Assembly (NCBI GenBank): GCA_028871525.1
Contig: JAGWMX010000002.1
Coordinates: 4,940-68,939, forward strand
DNA length: 64,000 nt
DNA from: Gammaproteobacteria bacterium
GTDB lineage: Bacteria; Pseudomonadota; Gammaproteobacteria; Nevskiales; Nevskiaceae
Direction: 5' to 3'
The notes under the pieces were generated by a model that saw nothing but the letters and a program-made list of their open reading frames with translations, made no database searches and had not been told where the DNA came from. The position numbers and the translations under genes were made by a program. Within the stretch, counting starts at the first letter, position 1. Every line of letters begins with the position of its first letter. Positions 20,034-30,236 of this stretch are shown one piece after another.

Positions 20034-21284
20034 TTATTCGAACTCGCCGTGGCCGGCGTGGACGCGCCGGACGACGAAGTCGGCGGCTTGCAGGGCGGCG
20101 ATGATCTGTTCAGTATGTGCCTGATCCTGTGCCTCCAGCAGCATCTCCAACGTCGCGCTCTTGGCATGCCGGCCGGCCGCCAGTCGTTCATGGTGGACCT
20201 GCACGATGTTGCCGCCGGCATCGCCGACGCAACCCGCAACCCGCGCCAGGAAACCCGGTGAATCCTCGATCTCGATCGACAGGCTGACCAGCCGCGACTC
20301 GTTGACCAGTTGCCGCAGCAGCACACTGGCCAGAAGCCGTGGGTCGATGTTGCCGCCGCAAACGATCAGCCCGACGTGACGGCCGGCGAATTTGGCGGGA
20401 TCGGCCAGCAACGCCGCCAGACCCGCCGCGCCGGCGCCCTCGGCCACCACCTTCTCGACGTTGGCCAACAGCGCCACCGCACGCTCGATATGCGATTCCT
20501 CGACCCGCAGCAACTCGTGGGCGTGAGCGCGGATGATCGGCAGCGTCAGCTTGCCGACGCCCTTGACCGCGATGCCCTCGGCGATGGTCGGCCCGCCGCG
20601 CACCAGAGCGGGATCGCCGCGGATCGCGGCATAAGCCGAGCAGTAGCCGGCGGACTCGACGCCGACGATACGTATATCCGGCCGCAGGTCGTGAGCCGCC
20701 ACCGCATTGCCGGCGAACAAACCCCCGCCGCCGATCGGGATCACCAGCGTATCGATCTGCGGCGCATCTGCCAGCATCTCCAACGCGATCGTACCCGCGC
20801 CCGCCATCACCAACGGATCATCGTAGGGATGCACCAGGGTCATACCGCGAACTTCGATCAGTTCGCGCGCCGCGAATTCGAAGCATTCGTCGAGGCTATC
20901 GCCGTGCAGAATCACCTCGCCGCCCAGTTCACGGGTGTTCTTGACCTTGGTGAACGGCGTGTTTCTCGGCATCACGATGGCGCTCTTGATGCCCAGGCGC
21001 GTGGCGTGATGCGCCACCGCCTGCGCGTGGTTGCCGGCGGAGACCGCCGCGACGCCGGCCGCGCGCTCGGCTTGGCTCAAATGCACCAGCTTGTTGACTG
21101 CGCCGCGCTCCTTGAACGCCGCGGTGAACTGAAAGTTCTCGAACTTGAGCCAAACCTCGGTGCCGGTGATCTTCGACAGCACCTGCGAAGGCGCACACGG
21201 CGTGCGTAGCACCTGACCGGCGATGGTGCGCGCGGCGGCGCGCACCTCTTCGGCGCCGATGGCGAAACCGGCAGCGTCATTCAT
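20034..21284 (-). CDS. ilvA: Threonine ammonia-lyase (short form with one ACT-like regulatory domain)
   Basis: 416 aa with the PLP lysine context FKFENFQFTAAFKERGA and a C-terminal ACT-like region. Confidence 0.8.
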   Translation of the reverse strand: MNDAAGFAIGAEEVRAAARTIAGQVLRTPCAPSQVLSKITGTEVWLKFENFQFTAAFKERGAVNKLVHLSQAERAAGVAAVSAGNHAQAVAHHATRLGIKSAIVMPRNTPFTKVKNTRELGGEVILHGDSLDECFEFAARELIEVRGMTLVHPYDDPLVMAGAGTIALEMLADAPQIDTLVIPIGGGGLFAGNAVAAHDLRPDIRIVGVESAGYCSAYAAIRGDPALVRGGPTIAEGIAVKGVGKLTLPIIRAHAHELLRVEESHIERAVALLANVEKVVAEGAGAAGLAALLADPAKFAGRHVGLIVCGGNIDPRLLASVLLRQLVNESRLVSLSIEIEDSPGFLARVAGCVGDAGGNIVQVHHERLAAGRHAKSATLEMLLEAQDQAHTEQIIAALQAADFVVRRVHAGHGEFE

Positions 21285-21789
21285 CGCGCGGCCCGCGATA
21301 GACGACTTTCGACACCCGTCCGCGTTCGAACGTCACCGTGGTGCTCCGTGCACGCCCGTTGTGAAACACCCAACGCTTCGGATGCCGGGGATCGCCGCTG
21401 ACCTGATCGGGCGTCTGGCGCAGCACCCGCTCGACCTGATCCGGCGTCATGCCGACGACCACCCGATCTTCCATCAGGCCCTTGCGGATCGCCGCCTCAC
21501 GCGCCTTGCGGGCGCGATAATCGATCAGCCAGCGGCGATCGGCGTCATCGCGCGCCGCCTTGGTCTTCGCCGTGTTGCGATCCCAAGCCTCGGCCATGCC
21601 CTTTTCCGCCGGCCCCGCCGGCACCGTCTGCAGCGGCGGCAGCTGCGCTGGCCGCGCCTGCGACGAACAGGGACGATCGCTGTATAGTTCGTGGCCATCC
21701 TGCTGGCAGTGATAAACTGCGGACTGCGCCGGGAAACTGGCCAGCAGGAACGTCAGCGTTGGAAATAATCGACTGGCCGACCCGCACAT
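21277..21789 (-). CDS. DUF4124-like secreted protein
   Basis: 170 aa with a signal peptide then VYHCQQDGHELYSDRPC, typical of the DUF4124 N-terminus. It overlaps the ilvA start by 8 nt. Confidence 0.55.
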   Translation of the reverse strand: MCGSASRLFPTLTFLLASFPAQSAVYHCQQDGHELYSDRPCSSQARPAQLPPLQTVPAGPAEKGMAEAWDRNTAKTKAARDDADRRWLIDYRARKAREAAIRKGLMEDRVVVGMTPDQVERVLRQTPDQVSGDPRHPKRWVFHNGRARSTTVTFERGRVSKVVYRGPRDE

Positions 21790-22062
21790 ACTTTTATCAC
21801 CTTGACGAAAAGCCCTGACAGTCTAACTCGAACACGTTGCCAACACCTGCAGGGCGGTGATAATTGGTCAATTCATTCAAAGGGTTCGTTCAAAACTGCA
21901 GGCGGCGCCTTGCGCGCGGACGGTCATCTCCGGGTCACGCGCAGCCACGGTGACGGTGCCGACGGCAGAGCGGACCACGCGTCGATCAATGAGCCGCGCA
22001 ACGATCTCAGCAGCGGCGCGGAACACGCAATCGAGCGACATCGGCGCTGCGAGTGGCATTGC

Positions 22063-23202
22063 TCACGCAAGCGTTTTTTCGTAGACGCGATAAGTCTTGT
22101 AGGGAAGCCCGCCCAGCGACTCGTTGATACGCCGCATCGGCAGATTGTCTTCCAGAATCCAGGACAGTTCGACCTGGCGGATGCCGCGCTTTTTCGCGGT
22201 CTTGCGCATCGCGTCGATGATCAGGAACGGCGCCAGACTGCCGACGAGACCGCCGGCGAGGCTGCGCTTGACGCCCATCAGCGGCACGCGCGCGGTTCTG
22301 GTACCGCGAACCTTGAGCCGCCACAGCAGTTTAATCCAATTGAACGGCAGCAACCTGCCGTTCAGATCGGCGATGGCCTCGTTGAGATTCGGCAGCGTGA
22401 TGCCGAAACCCACCGGTTCGCCCCGCATTTCGACGATCGCCACCAGTTCCGGATCCAGCAGCGGTTTCATCGATTTGGCCATGTGGCTGACCTCGGCGTC
22501 GGTCAGCGGCACAAAACCCCAGTTGCCGGCCCAGGCGTCATTGAACACGGAAGTGATCGCGACGATCTCTTCGTTGTAGCGGCGCAGGTCGAGGTGACGG
22601 ACCGTCAACTCGGGGGGGCGGGGCCGGTCGATTAGCGTGCGCGCCGACAGCGGCAGATCGTGATCCATGTCGTAAAGATAGGCGATCACGTCCTTGGCCT
22701 TGGCGTAGCCTTGCGCCTCCACGCGCGGACCGACGTAAGCTTTGTCGTGCCCCATCAGCAACATCGGCGGCGAACCGAAACCGTCGATCAGCAAGCCGGT
22801 CTCTTCGTTGATCGACAGGTTGAACGGCCCCAACACACGGCGACGGCCGCGCTGCCTGAGCCACTGCTCCGCAGCCGACAACAACGCGGCAAAAACACTC
22901 GAATCATCCTCCGCCGCAATCAATCCGAAATGTCCGTCGGCCGGGTTCCGGGCCAGCCGGTCGATCTGGGCGCTGATGCGACCGACATCGCGACCGTCGC
23001 GACAGGCCAGCCAGAACTGCACTTCGGCATGGTGAAAAAAAGGATTCTTCCTGGGCGAAAAAGCTTCCCGGCGCTCCAGCACCAGCGGTGGCACATAGTG
23101 CGGATCGTCCGCGTGCAGGCGCATCGGCAACTTGATGAAACGATCCATCTCGGCGCGCGTACGCACCGGCACGATGTCTATGGCCGCGGATTCAGCAGTC
23201 AC
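22063..23202 (-). CDS. Large GNAT-fold N-acyltransferase-like protein (candidate bacterial ceramide synthase-like enzyme)
   Basis: 379 aa. The N-terminus IVPVRTRAEMDRFIKLPMRLHADDPHYVPPLVLERREAFSPRKNPFFHHAEVQFWLA..GRISAQID is typical of a widespread family of about 380-aa GNAT-like proteins. It is the last gene of the co-directional lipid operon. Confidence 0.6.
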   Translation of the reverse strand: MTAESAAIDIVPVRTRAEMDRFIKLPMRLHADDPHYVPPLVLERREAFSPRKNPFFHHAEVQFWLACRDGRDVGRISAQIDRLARNPADGHFGLIAAEDDSSVFAALLSAAEQWLRQRGRRRVLGPFNLSINEETGLLIDGFGSPPMLLMGHDKAYVGPRVEAQGYAKAKDVIAYLYDMDHDLPLSARTLIDRPRPPELTVRHLDLRRYNEEIVAITSVFNDAWAGNWGFVPLTDAEVSHMAKSMKPLLDPELVAIVEMRGEPVGFGITLPNLNEAIADLNGRLLPFNWIKLLWRLKVRGTRTARVPLMGVKRSLAGGLVGSLAPFLIIDAMRKTAKKRGIRQVELSWILEDNLPMRRINESLGGLPYKTYRVYEKTLA

Positions 23203-23553
23203 TTGGCTCTGCTCTCCATATCACGCCGGGAACCGGCAGCGGCAGAACGCCGCCCAGCCCGCATCGTTGCTCCAATCCCATCCCCATCCAAAATCGGCAC
23301 GCATGGCTGGCAGTGAACCGTTGCCGGCTCACACCGGCCAGCATCCGGCGGGAACGACCGTGATCCCCACTGCCCACCGACCGGCGTCGCCTCACGGACA
23401 GCCGAGCCGGAGCGATACGTCACATTGGCAATGTGGTTTCCGGGCCAGCTTGTCCGGAATTTTCCGTCGCCGCTGCGCGCCGCGACGCGGCACGTATTTG
23501 CGGCTCGCCGAGCCGACATCGCCCCCATCCTGATGTTGCCGCCAACGGGCGTT

Positions 23554-24774
23554 TTAACCTGCCGCCACGGCACGCATTTGCGGCCACACCAGACCAAGCT
23601 CACCGCCGATACGCGCGAACGCCTCGATCGCCCTGTCGATCTGCTCGGCGCTGTGCGCCGCGCTGACGCTGGCGCGCAGCAGCGGGTGGTTTGACGGCGT
23701 TGCCGGCGGCAACGCCAGATTCACATATATGCCGCTGTCCAGCAACGCATTCCAGAAACTCACCGCGACCTCGCGCGATTCCAACGCCACTGCGACCACC
23801 GGACTGACGTTCGGCCCGACGTCGAAGCCCAACCGGCTCAGTCCGTCATAAAGACGTTTCGCATTGGCGCCGACCCGGGCACGTAACCCGGTGTCCACGG
23901 CCAGGCGCGACAGCGCACAGCGGGTTGAGGCGATCACCGCCGGCGGCAGCGAGGCCGTGAACATGTAAGGCCGGCACACCAGACGCAGCAAGTCGAAATC
24001 GTCGACGTTGGAGACGCAGAAACCGCCGACACTGCCGAGACTCTTGGAGAACGTGCCGACGACGAAATCGACCTGGTCCTCGACACCGACGGCTTCGGCC
24101 AGACCGCGGCCGCGCTCGCCGAGCACGCCCATCGAATGCGCCTCATCGATCATCAAATCAGCACCGTACTGGCGCGCGACGGCGGCGATCTCCTGCAGCG
24201 GCGCAACATCGCCACGCATCGAGTAAATGCCTTCGACCACCACCAGCTTGCCACCCCGCCGTCCTTCCAAGCGCCGCAGGCGCTTGCGCAGATCCTCCGG
24301 ACTGTTGTGTCGAAAACGGATCACCTCCGCCTGGCCCAGACGCGCACCATCGTAAATGCTGGCGTGGCTGTCGGCGTCCAGAATCAGATGGTCGCCGCGA
24401 CCGACCAGCGTCGACAGCATGCCCAGATTGGCCTGATAGCCGGTGCTGAACACCATCGCGTGCCGTCGACCGAAAAACGCGGCCAGATCGGCTTCAAGGG
24501 AGCGGTGATCGGCATAATTGCCGTTGGCCACGCGCGAGCCGGTGGTGCCGGTACCATGGTGCAGCGCCGCCTGCCGCGAAGCCTCGATACATTCGGCATC
24601 AAAGGTCAGGCCAAGATAGTTGTTGGTTCCGAGCAGGATGGTCGGACGGCCATCCAGAACCCCCTCGGTGGCCGACAGGATCTCGTCGAACGTGACCGCG
24701 AACGGGTTGCGTCCGGTCGCCGCCAGTGCTTTGAGCTGCGGCTTCACCGACGCAAATTTATCCAGCAGACTCAT
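23554..24774 (-). CDS. Alpha-oxoamine synthase family PLP enzyme (serine palmitoyltransferase / 8-amino-7-oxononanoate synthase-like)
   Basis: 406 aa with the PLP-Lys context GTFSKSLGSVGGF. Its start overlaps the ACP stop (ATGA). Confidence 0.8.
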   Translation of the reverse strand: MSLLDKFASVKPQLKALAATGRNPFAVTFDEILSATEGVLDGRPTILLGTNNYLGLTFDAECIEASRQAALHHGTGTTGSRVANGNYADHRSLEADLAAFFGRRHAMVFSTGYQANLGMLSTLVGRGDHLILDADSHASIYDGARLGQAEVIRFRHNSPEDLRKRLRRLEGRRGGKLVVVEGIYSMRGDVAPLQEIAAVARQYGADLMIDEAHSMGVLGERGRGLAEAVGVEDQVDFVVGTFSKSLGSVGGFCVSNVDDFDLLRLVCRPYMFTASLPPAVIASTRCALSRLAVDTGLRARVGANAKRLYDGLSRLGFDVGPNVSPVVAVALESREVAVSFWNALLDSGIYVNLALPPATPSNHPLLRASVSAAHSAEQIDRAIEAFARIGGELGLVWPQMRAVAAG

Positions 24775-25031
24775 GTCCGCGCCTCCTGCTGAGTCAGCGC
24801 CGCGACCGTGGCCACCAGATCGTCAACCGTTTCGACTTCGGCGATCCGCTCCAACGGCATCGAAATATCGAATTCCTCTTCCAGCGCAAGAATGAAATTC
24901 ATCACCGCCAGCGAATCGATCTCCAGATCACGCACGATATGCGTGTCACCGTTGATTTCGATCGAGCGCGAAGAAGCGGCGGCCAGGCCACTGACGATAC
25001 GAGCGCGAATATGTTCCAACTGATTCGACAT
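24771..25031 (-). CDS. Acyl carrier protein
   Basis: 86 aa with the phosphopantetheine attachment motif LEIDSLAVMNF (DSL). Confidence 0.8.
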   Translation of the reverse strand: MSNQLEHIRARIVSGLAAASSRSIEINGDTHIVRDLEIDSLAVMNFILALEEEFDISMPLERIAEVETVDDLVATVAALTQQEART

Positions 25032-25155
25032 GGGTATCCATAATATTCAGAAGAGATAAAAGCGACTACTCGGACATCCCTGGCGGTTGAAAGAGGGTTA
25101 AAAAACCGAGCCAGGATGCAAAAGATACCGGTTTGTCACGCACTTGTCACAAGAA

Positions 25156-26136
25156 TCAGCACGTTGGCGCGGGCGGCAGCCAGCCCGCCTTGCGGTACCA
25201 GGCCACCGCATCGGCGAAACCGGAATCCAGATCGTAGCGCGCCTGCCAACCCGCCGGTGTTATCCGCTCGGCTTCGGACACCGTCCAGTCGGGATGGCGC
25301 AGCTCACGGAGTTTCTGCGAAGTCAGCATATTGATTTTCCCGAACCGGCACGCGGCGTCGCCCGCCGCAGCGATACCTTTGAGCACAGCCGCCGGCAACC
25401 GCACCAGCTTTGGCGCCGGGTTGCCAACCGCGCGTGCAGCGGCCAGCAGGATCTCGCGCCAGGAATAGCCCTGCGCACTCGCGTCCGCGATAGCGGCCAC
25501 GATGCCGCTGGGCGAAGTCCCGGCCAGCGTCGCGATCGCCCGCGCCAGGTCGCCAACGTGAATCGCCGCCGCGCGCGCCGACGCCGGCGCCGGGATCGGA
25601 ACGACGCGGTGACGCGCAAGCTGAAAAAACACCAATGTCTCGCGATCGCCCGGACCATACACCGCCGGCGGCCGCAGCACCGTGACCTGGGGCCCGAGCA
25701 TCGCCAGCGCCTGATCTTCGCCGGCACGTTTGCTGGCGGCGTAGTCGGAAAGCCGCGGCTGTCGCGCGGCGAGGCTGGATATCAGCAGGAAATGTGCATG
25801 CGCGGCGTGTTCGCGCACGGCGGCGGCCAACGCGCCGGTACCGTCACGGTTGGCCGCGAAAAAGAGCGCGCGCGACGGCGCCTTGATCAACCCCGCCAGA
25901 TGAATCACCACCTGCGCGCCGTCGACCAGCCGCGACAGTGCGGCGCGATCGCCGAGATCGCCCGGCACCATTTCGAGGCGCAGCTCCTGCCAGCGGGGAT
26001 CGGCAGGTTCGCTGCGCACCAGCGCACGCACGCGATAGCCGGCTTCGAGCAGCGCAGCGACGACGTGGCGGCCGATAAAGCCGGTGGCTCCGGTGACCGC
26101 CGCCAATGGTTTCGCGTCAGACCGAGACAGCGACAT
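25156..26136 (-). CDS. NAD-dependent epimerase/dehydratase family (extended SDR) reductase
   Basis: Start taken at the ATG at 26136 (MSLSRSDAKPLAAVTGATGFIGRHVV, Rossmann GxxGxxG). It overlaps the FAAL stop by 20 nt. Confidence 0.75.
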   Translation of the reverse strand: MSLSRSDAKPLAAVTGATGFIGRHVVAALLEAGYRVRALVRSEPADPRWQELRLEMVPGDLGDRAALSRLVDGAQVVIHLAGLIKAPSRALFFAANRDGTGALAAAVREHAAHAHFLLISSLAARQPRLSDYAASKRAGEDQALAMLGPQVTVLRPPAVYGPGDRETLVFFQLARHRVVPIPAPASARAAAIHVGDLARAIATLAGTSPSGIVAAIADASAQGYSWREILLAAARAVGNPAPKLVRLPAAVLKGIAAAGDAACRFGKINMLTSQKLRELRHPDWTVSEAERITPAGWQARYDLDSGFADAVAWYRKAGWLPPAPTC

Positions 26137-27859
26137 CACAATCGTCGAACGCGCCCCGGAGATAGAGCTGTTTGGCCTTGGAACGGCTGAGTTTGCCGGA
26201 GGAGGTCTGCGGCAAGGTTCGCGGCGGTACCGGAACCACGCGCGCGACGACACCATGACGGGAACGCAGCACGCCGCCCACCGCCTCCCGCAGTGCCTCG
26301 CGCGCGCCCGGATCGCTGCTGCGGCATTCGAACAGCACTACGACTTCGTCGGCCGAGTGACCCTCGACCGAGAACGCCGCGATACCCCCTCTGCGCAGTG
26401 CCTCGATCTCCGTTTCGGCAGTCCATTCAAGATCCTGCGGCCAGATATTGCGACCGTTGAGCATGATCAGATCTTTTGCGCGCCCGGTGATGACGATCTC
26501 GCCATCGTGCAGATAACCAAGATCGCCGGTATTCAACCAGCCGTCGGACGACAGCACCCGCGCGGTCTCTTCCGGTTCGCCAAAATATTCCCGCATCAGG
26601 CTCGGGCCACGAACATGCAGCACGCCGACTCGACGCTCCGGCAGCGCCCGGCCGCTGTCGTCGCGCACTTCCACCTCGTGGCTCGGGAGAATTGGGCCGC
26701 AGTGCACGAATTCGCGGACGCGGCCGGTGGCGCCGTCTTCCGGCGGGTAAGCGACATGCTCCCGCTCGAGCCGCTCGGTGTCGACACGATCAATCCGCAG
26801 ACCGGCGTCGAGCGGCGCGAATGCCAGCGCCAGCGAGGCTTCCGCCATGCCATAGCTTGCGACGAAAGCGGTACGCCGGAAACCGCAGGCAGCGAAAGTT
26901 TCCGAGAATTGCTTCAGCAGATGCGGCCGGATCATGTCGCCGCCTATGCCTGCAACCCGCCAGCTCGACAGATCCAGCCCCGGCGGCAGGCCGCGCTCGG
27001 CCCGGCGCACGCACAGCTCGTAGCCGAACGACGGACTGTAGGCCAGCGTCGCGCGGTTGCGCGAAATCAGCTCCAACCACAGCAGCGGCCAGCGGGCGAA
27101 ATCGCGCGCGGGCAGAAGATCCACAGACATCTGACGGGTGATCGGCGTCAACAGGAAACCGACCAGACCCATGTCGTGGTACATCGGCAGCCAGCTCAGG
27201 CAGCGATCGTCGGCTCCCGCGCGCAGTCCGTTAGTGATGATGTTGCCGGTATTGGCAATCACCGCACGATGGGTCACCGCGATGGCCCGCGGGAAGCGGG
27301 TGCTGCCGGAGGAAAACTGCAGGTATGCCAACCGGTCGGCGGCCGGCTCCGGCAACGCCGTCGGCACCTTCGGCGCCTGCGGCAGATGCGCCGGCACACC
27401 GACGAAGACGAGTTTCAGACCGGCGCATGCCTCCTGCACCCACGCGTCCAGTGACGCCGGCCCCAGCACGGCGGCTGCGTCGGCTGCCAGAACCATGCGC
27501 TGCAGATGCTCCAGGTAGTGCTTGCGTCCGCCCAAGGCAGCGGGTAGCGGCAACGGCGCCGGCACCAAACCGGCGTACTGGCAGGCGAAGAATGCGCGCG
27601 CAAAGTCGCCGTCCGTTTCGGCCACCAGGCCAACCCGTTGTCCGGGAGTCAAGCCCGCGGCCAACAGACGCTGCGCCCAATTCCGCGCCTGATCGCGCAA
27701 CTGGCGGTAGCTCACCGCTTCCACCAGCTCGCCGCGGCCGGAATAGAAATTGAGCCCGGTGCGCCCCAGGGCGGCAAAATCGAGCGCCTGCGTCAACGTG
27801 GTGAACCGCGGAGTCACGTCGGCTCTAATCCCGCTGCAGGTGGGCGTAATTTGGGTCAT
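26117..27859 (-). CDS. Fatty acyl-AMP ligase / acyl-ACP synthetase-like adenylating enzyme
   Basis: 580 aa with AMP-binding signatures (YLQFSSGSTRFPRAIAVTH, NTGDLGYL), FAAL-like. Confidence 0.8.
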   Translation of the reverse strand: MTQITPTCSGIRADVTPRFTTLTQALDFAALGRTGLNFYSGRGELVEAVSYRQLRDQARNWAQRLLAAGLTPGQRVGLVAETDGDFARAFFACQYAGLVPAPLPLPAALGGRKHYLEHLQRMVLAADAAAVLGPASLDAWVQEACAGLKLVFVGVPAHLPQAPKVPTALPEPAADRLAYLQFSSGSTRFPRAIAVTHRAVIANTGNIITNGLRAGADDRCLSWLPMYHDMGLVGFLLTPITRQMSVDLLPARDFARWPLLWLELISRNRATLAYSPSFGYELCVRRAERGLPPGLDLSSWRVAGIGGDMIRPHLLKQFSETFAACGFRRTAFVASYGMAEASLALAFAPLDAGLRIDRVDTERLEREHVAYPPEDGATGRVREFVHCGPILPSHEVEVRDDSGRALPERRVGVLHVRGPSLMREYFGEPEETARVLSSDGWLNTGDLGYLHDGEIVITGRAKDLIMLNGRNIWPQDLEWTAETEIEALRRGGIAAFSVEGHSADEVVVLFECRSSDPGAREALREAVGGVLRSRHGVVARVVPVPPRTLPQTSSGKLSRSKAKQLYLRGAFDDCDVAVSV

Positions 27860-28571
27860 CTAACCTTTCTCTTTGCAAATTTGTGTTAGAACCCACGCCG
27901 AAACAGACTGATTCCCTGACCAATTCCCAACGCCGCCTCTTGTAATGATACCACTTTGAACGGCGCTGACTGCTGATGTTGGACGGCCGCAACCTGTTCG
28001 TGCACCACGGCCGGCGCGCGGGCGGGCGGGCGCGATCGCAGCGGAGACAAGCAGCGAGACCGCCGGCAGATCTGCTGAAGTGCCCGCCGCCGGCTGATTT
28101 CGGGCTGTGGCGCCAATGCGCGCCGTAACCTGCCGGTCGCGCACTTGTCCACCACTTCGCATTACGCCTGCGGTGCCGTTTCGCCTGCGCGCCGTAGATC
28201 GCGATCTTCATGCCTTGGCCCCAGCCCTGGTCTCACAGCCCGAAACGCCCTGGAACTGTGCACATCCACCATGTGCACACGCAACCGATCGGTGTCCGGC
28301 CACGTGCGTCGAGATGCTAAGCATAAAACGACTCGACCGCCGCCGACAGCGCCGGCGGGATCAGCCGCTGAAACATATGGATATCGGTTCAGCCCCCTGG
28401 CCCAGGCAATGCGGCGTTTGACCATGCGTCAGGCAAATAAATCCAGCGCTTGCATGGCGTATGCGCCGAGGCCCGGCACCTCGTCATGACAAGCCCGGCG
28501 CCGGTCGTCGATAATGCGCGCCCGCCGCGTTCCCCGCGCGCACCCATCCGTTCTTCCCAATCGGCACCGCG

Positions 28572-30236
28572 ATGAGCCAATACGTTTACACCATGAACCG
28601 GGTCGGCAAGACCGTCCCGCCGAGGAAGGAGATTCTTCGCGACATCTCCCTGTCTTTCTTTCCCGGCGCCAAGATCGGCGTGCTGGGTTACAACGGCGCC
28701 GGCAAGTCGACGCTGCTGCGCATCATGGGCGGCATCGACCAGGATTATCACGGCGAGGCGCGGCCGCAGCCCGGCATCAAGATAGGTTACCTGCCGCAGG
28801 AGCCGCAGCTCGATCCGACCAAGAACGTGCGCGGTAACGTTGAGGAAGCGTTGGCCGAAATCAAAGCGGTCCAGGCCGAGCTGGAACAAGTGTACGCCGC
28901 CTACGCCGAGCCCGATGCCGACTTCGACAAGCTGTCGGCGAAACAGCAGGCGCTGGAGGCGAAGATCGCTGCCGCCGATGCGCACAACCTCGAGGTGATG
29001 CTCGACAAGGCGGCCGAAGCCTTGAGCCTGCCGTCCTGGGATGCGCGGATCGAGCAGCTGTCCGGCGGCGAGCGCCGGCGGGTGGCGCTGTGCCGGCTGC
29101 TGCTGTCCAAGCCGGACATGCTGCTGCTCGACGAGCCGACCAACCATCTCGACGCCGAGTCGGTGGCCTGGCTGGAAAAGTATCTGCACGATTTTCCCGG
29201 CACCGTCGTCGCCGTCACCCACGACCGCTACTTCCTCGACAACGTCGCCGGCTGGATCCTGGAGCTGGACCGCGGCCACGGCATCCCCTGGCCGGGCAAC
29301 TACTCGTCCTGGCTGGAGCAGAAGGAAAAGCGCCTCGAGCAGGAGCAGAAATCCGAGGACGCGCACATCCGGGCGATGAAGGAAGAGCTGGAGTGGGTGC
29401 GCAAGAACCCCAAGGGCCGGCAGGCCAAATCCAAGGCGCGCGTCAAGGCCTACGAGGCGCTGGCCAGCCAGGAATTCCAGAAGCGCGCCGAAACCCGGGA
29501 ACTGTATATCCCGCCCGGTCCGCGGCTCGGCGAACTGGTGATCGAGGCCGACGACCTCAAGAAAGGCTACGGCGGCCGTTTGCTGTACGACAATCTGAGC
29601 TTCCGCGTGCCGCGCGGCGCCATCGTCGGCATCATCGGCGCCAACGGCCGCGGCAAAACCACATTGTTCCGCATGCTGATCGGCGACGAGAAACCGGACG
29701 GCGGCACATTGCGGATCGGCGACACAGTGAAGTTCGCCTATGTCGACCAGAGCCGCGACGCGCTGGACGGCGGCAAGACCGTGTGGCAGGAGATCAGCGG
29801 CGGTCTGGACATCATCCGCGCCGGCAGCTTCGAGATGCCCAGCCGCGCTTATCTCGGCCGCTTCAATTTCAAGGGCGAGACCCAGCAGAAACGCATCAGG
29901 GATCTGTCCGGCGGCGAGCGCAATCGCGTGCACCTGGCCAAGCTGTTGCTCGGCGGCGGCAACGTGCTGCTGCTCGACGAGCCGACCAACGATCTGGACA
30001 TCGAAACCTTGCGCGCGCTGGAAGAAGCGCTGCTGGACTTCGCCGGCTGTGCGCTGGTGATTTCGCACGATCGCTGGTTCCTGGACCGCATCGCCACTCA
30101 CATCCTGGCGTTCGAGGACTCGGGCGAAATCGTCTTCCACGAGGGCAACTATCAGGAGTACGAGGAGGATTTCCGGCGCCGCACCGGCGGCGAGCCCGGC
30201 GTCAACCGGCGCGCACGGCACAAGAAACTGGCCTGA
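28572..30236 (+). CDS. ettA: Energy-dependent translational throttle ABC-F ATPase
   Basis: 554 aa with N-terminus MSQYVYTMNRVGKTVPP, two Walker A sites (GYNGAGKST, GANGRGKTT) and two LSGGE signatures. Confidence 0.9.
   Translation: MSQYVYTMNRVGKTVPPRKEILRDISLSFFPGAKIGVLGYNGAGKSTLLRIMGGIDQDYHGEARPQPGIKIGYLPQEPQLDPTKNVRGNVEEALAEIKAVQAELEQVYAAYAEPDADFDKLSAKQQALEAKIAAADAHNLEVMLDKAAEALSLPSWDARIEQLSGGERRRVALCRLLLSKPDMLLLDEPTNHLDAESVAWLEKYLHDFPGTVVAVTHDRYFLDNVAGWILELDRGHGIPWPGNYSSWLEQKEKRLEQEQKSEDAHIRAMKEELEWVRKNPKGRQAKSKARVKAYEALASQEFQKRAETRELYIPPGPRLGELVIEADDLKKGYGGRLLYDNLSFRVPRGAIVGIIGANGRGKTTLFRMLIGDEKPDGGTLRIGDTVKFAYVDQSRDALDGGKTVWQEISGGLDIIRAGSFEMPSRAYLGRFNFKGETQQKRIRDLSGGERNRVHLAKLLLGGGNVLLLDEPTNDLDIETLRALEEALLDFAGCALVISHDRWFLDRIATHILAFEDSGEIVFHEGNYQEYEEDFRRRTGGEPGVNRRARHKKLA

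Noticed and set aside
27825-28211. 128-aa minus-strand ORF starting MKIAIYGA (Rossmann-like start)
   Set aside because: The resemblance lasts about 8 residues and the remainder is Arg-rich nonsense. It overlaps the FAAL start. At most it is a relic.
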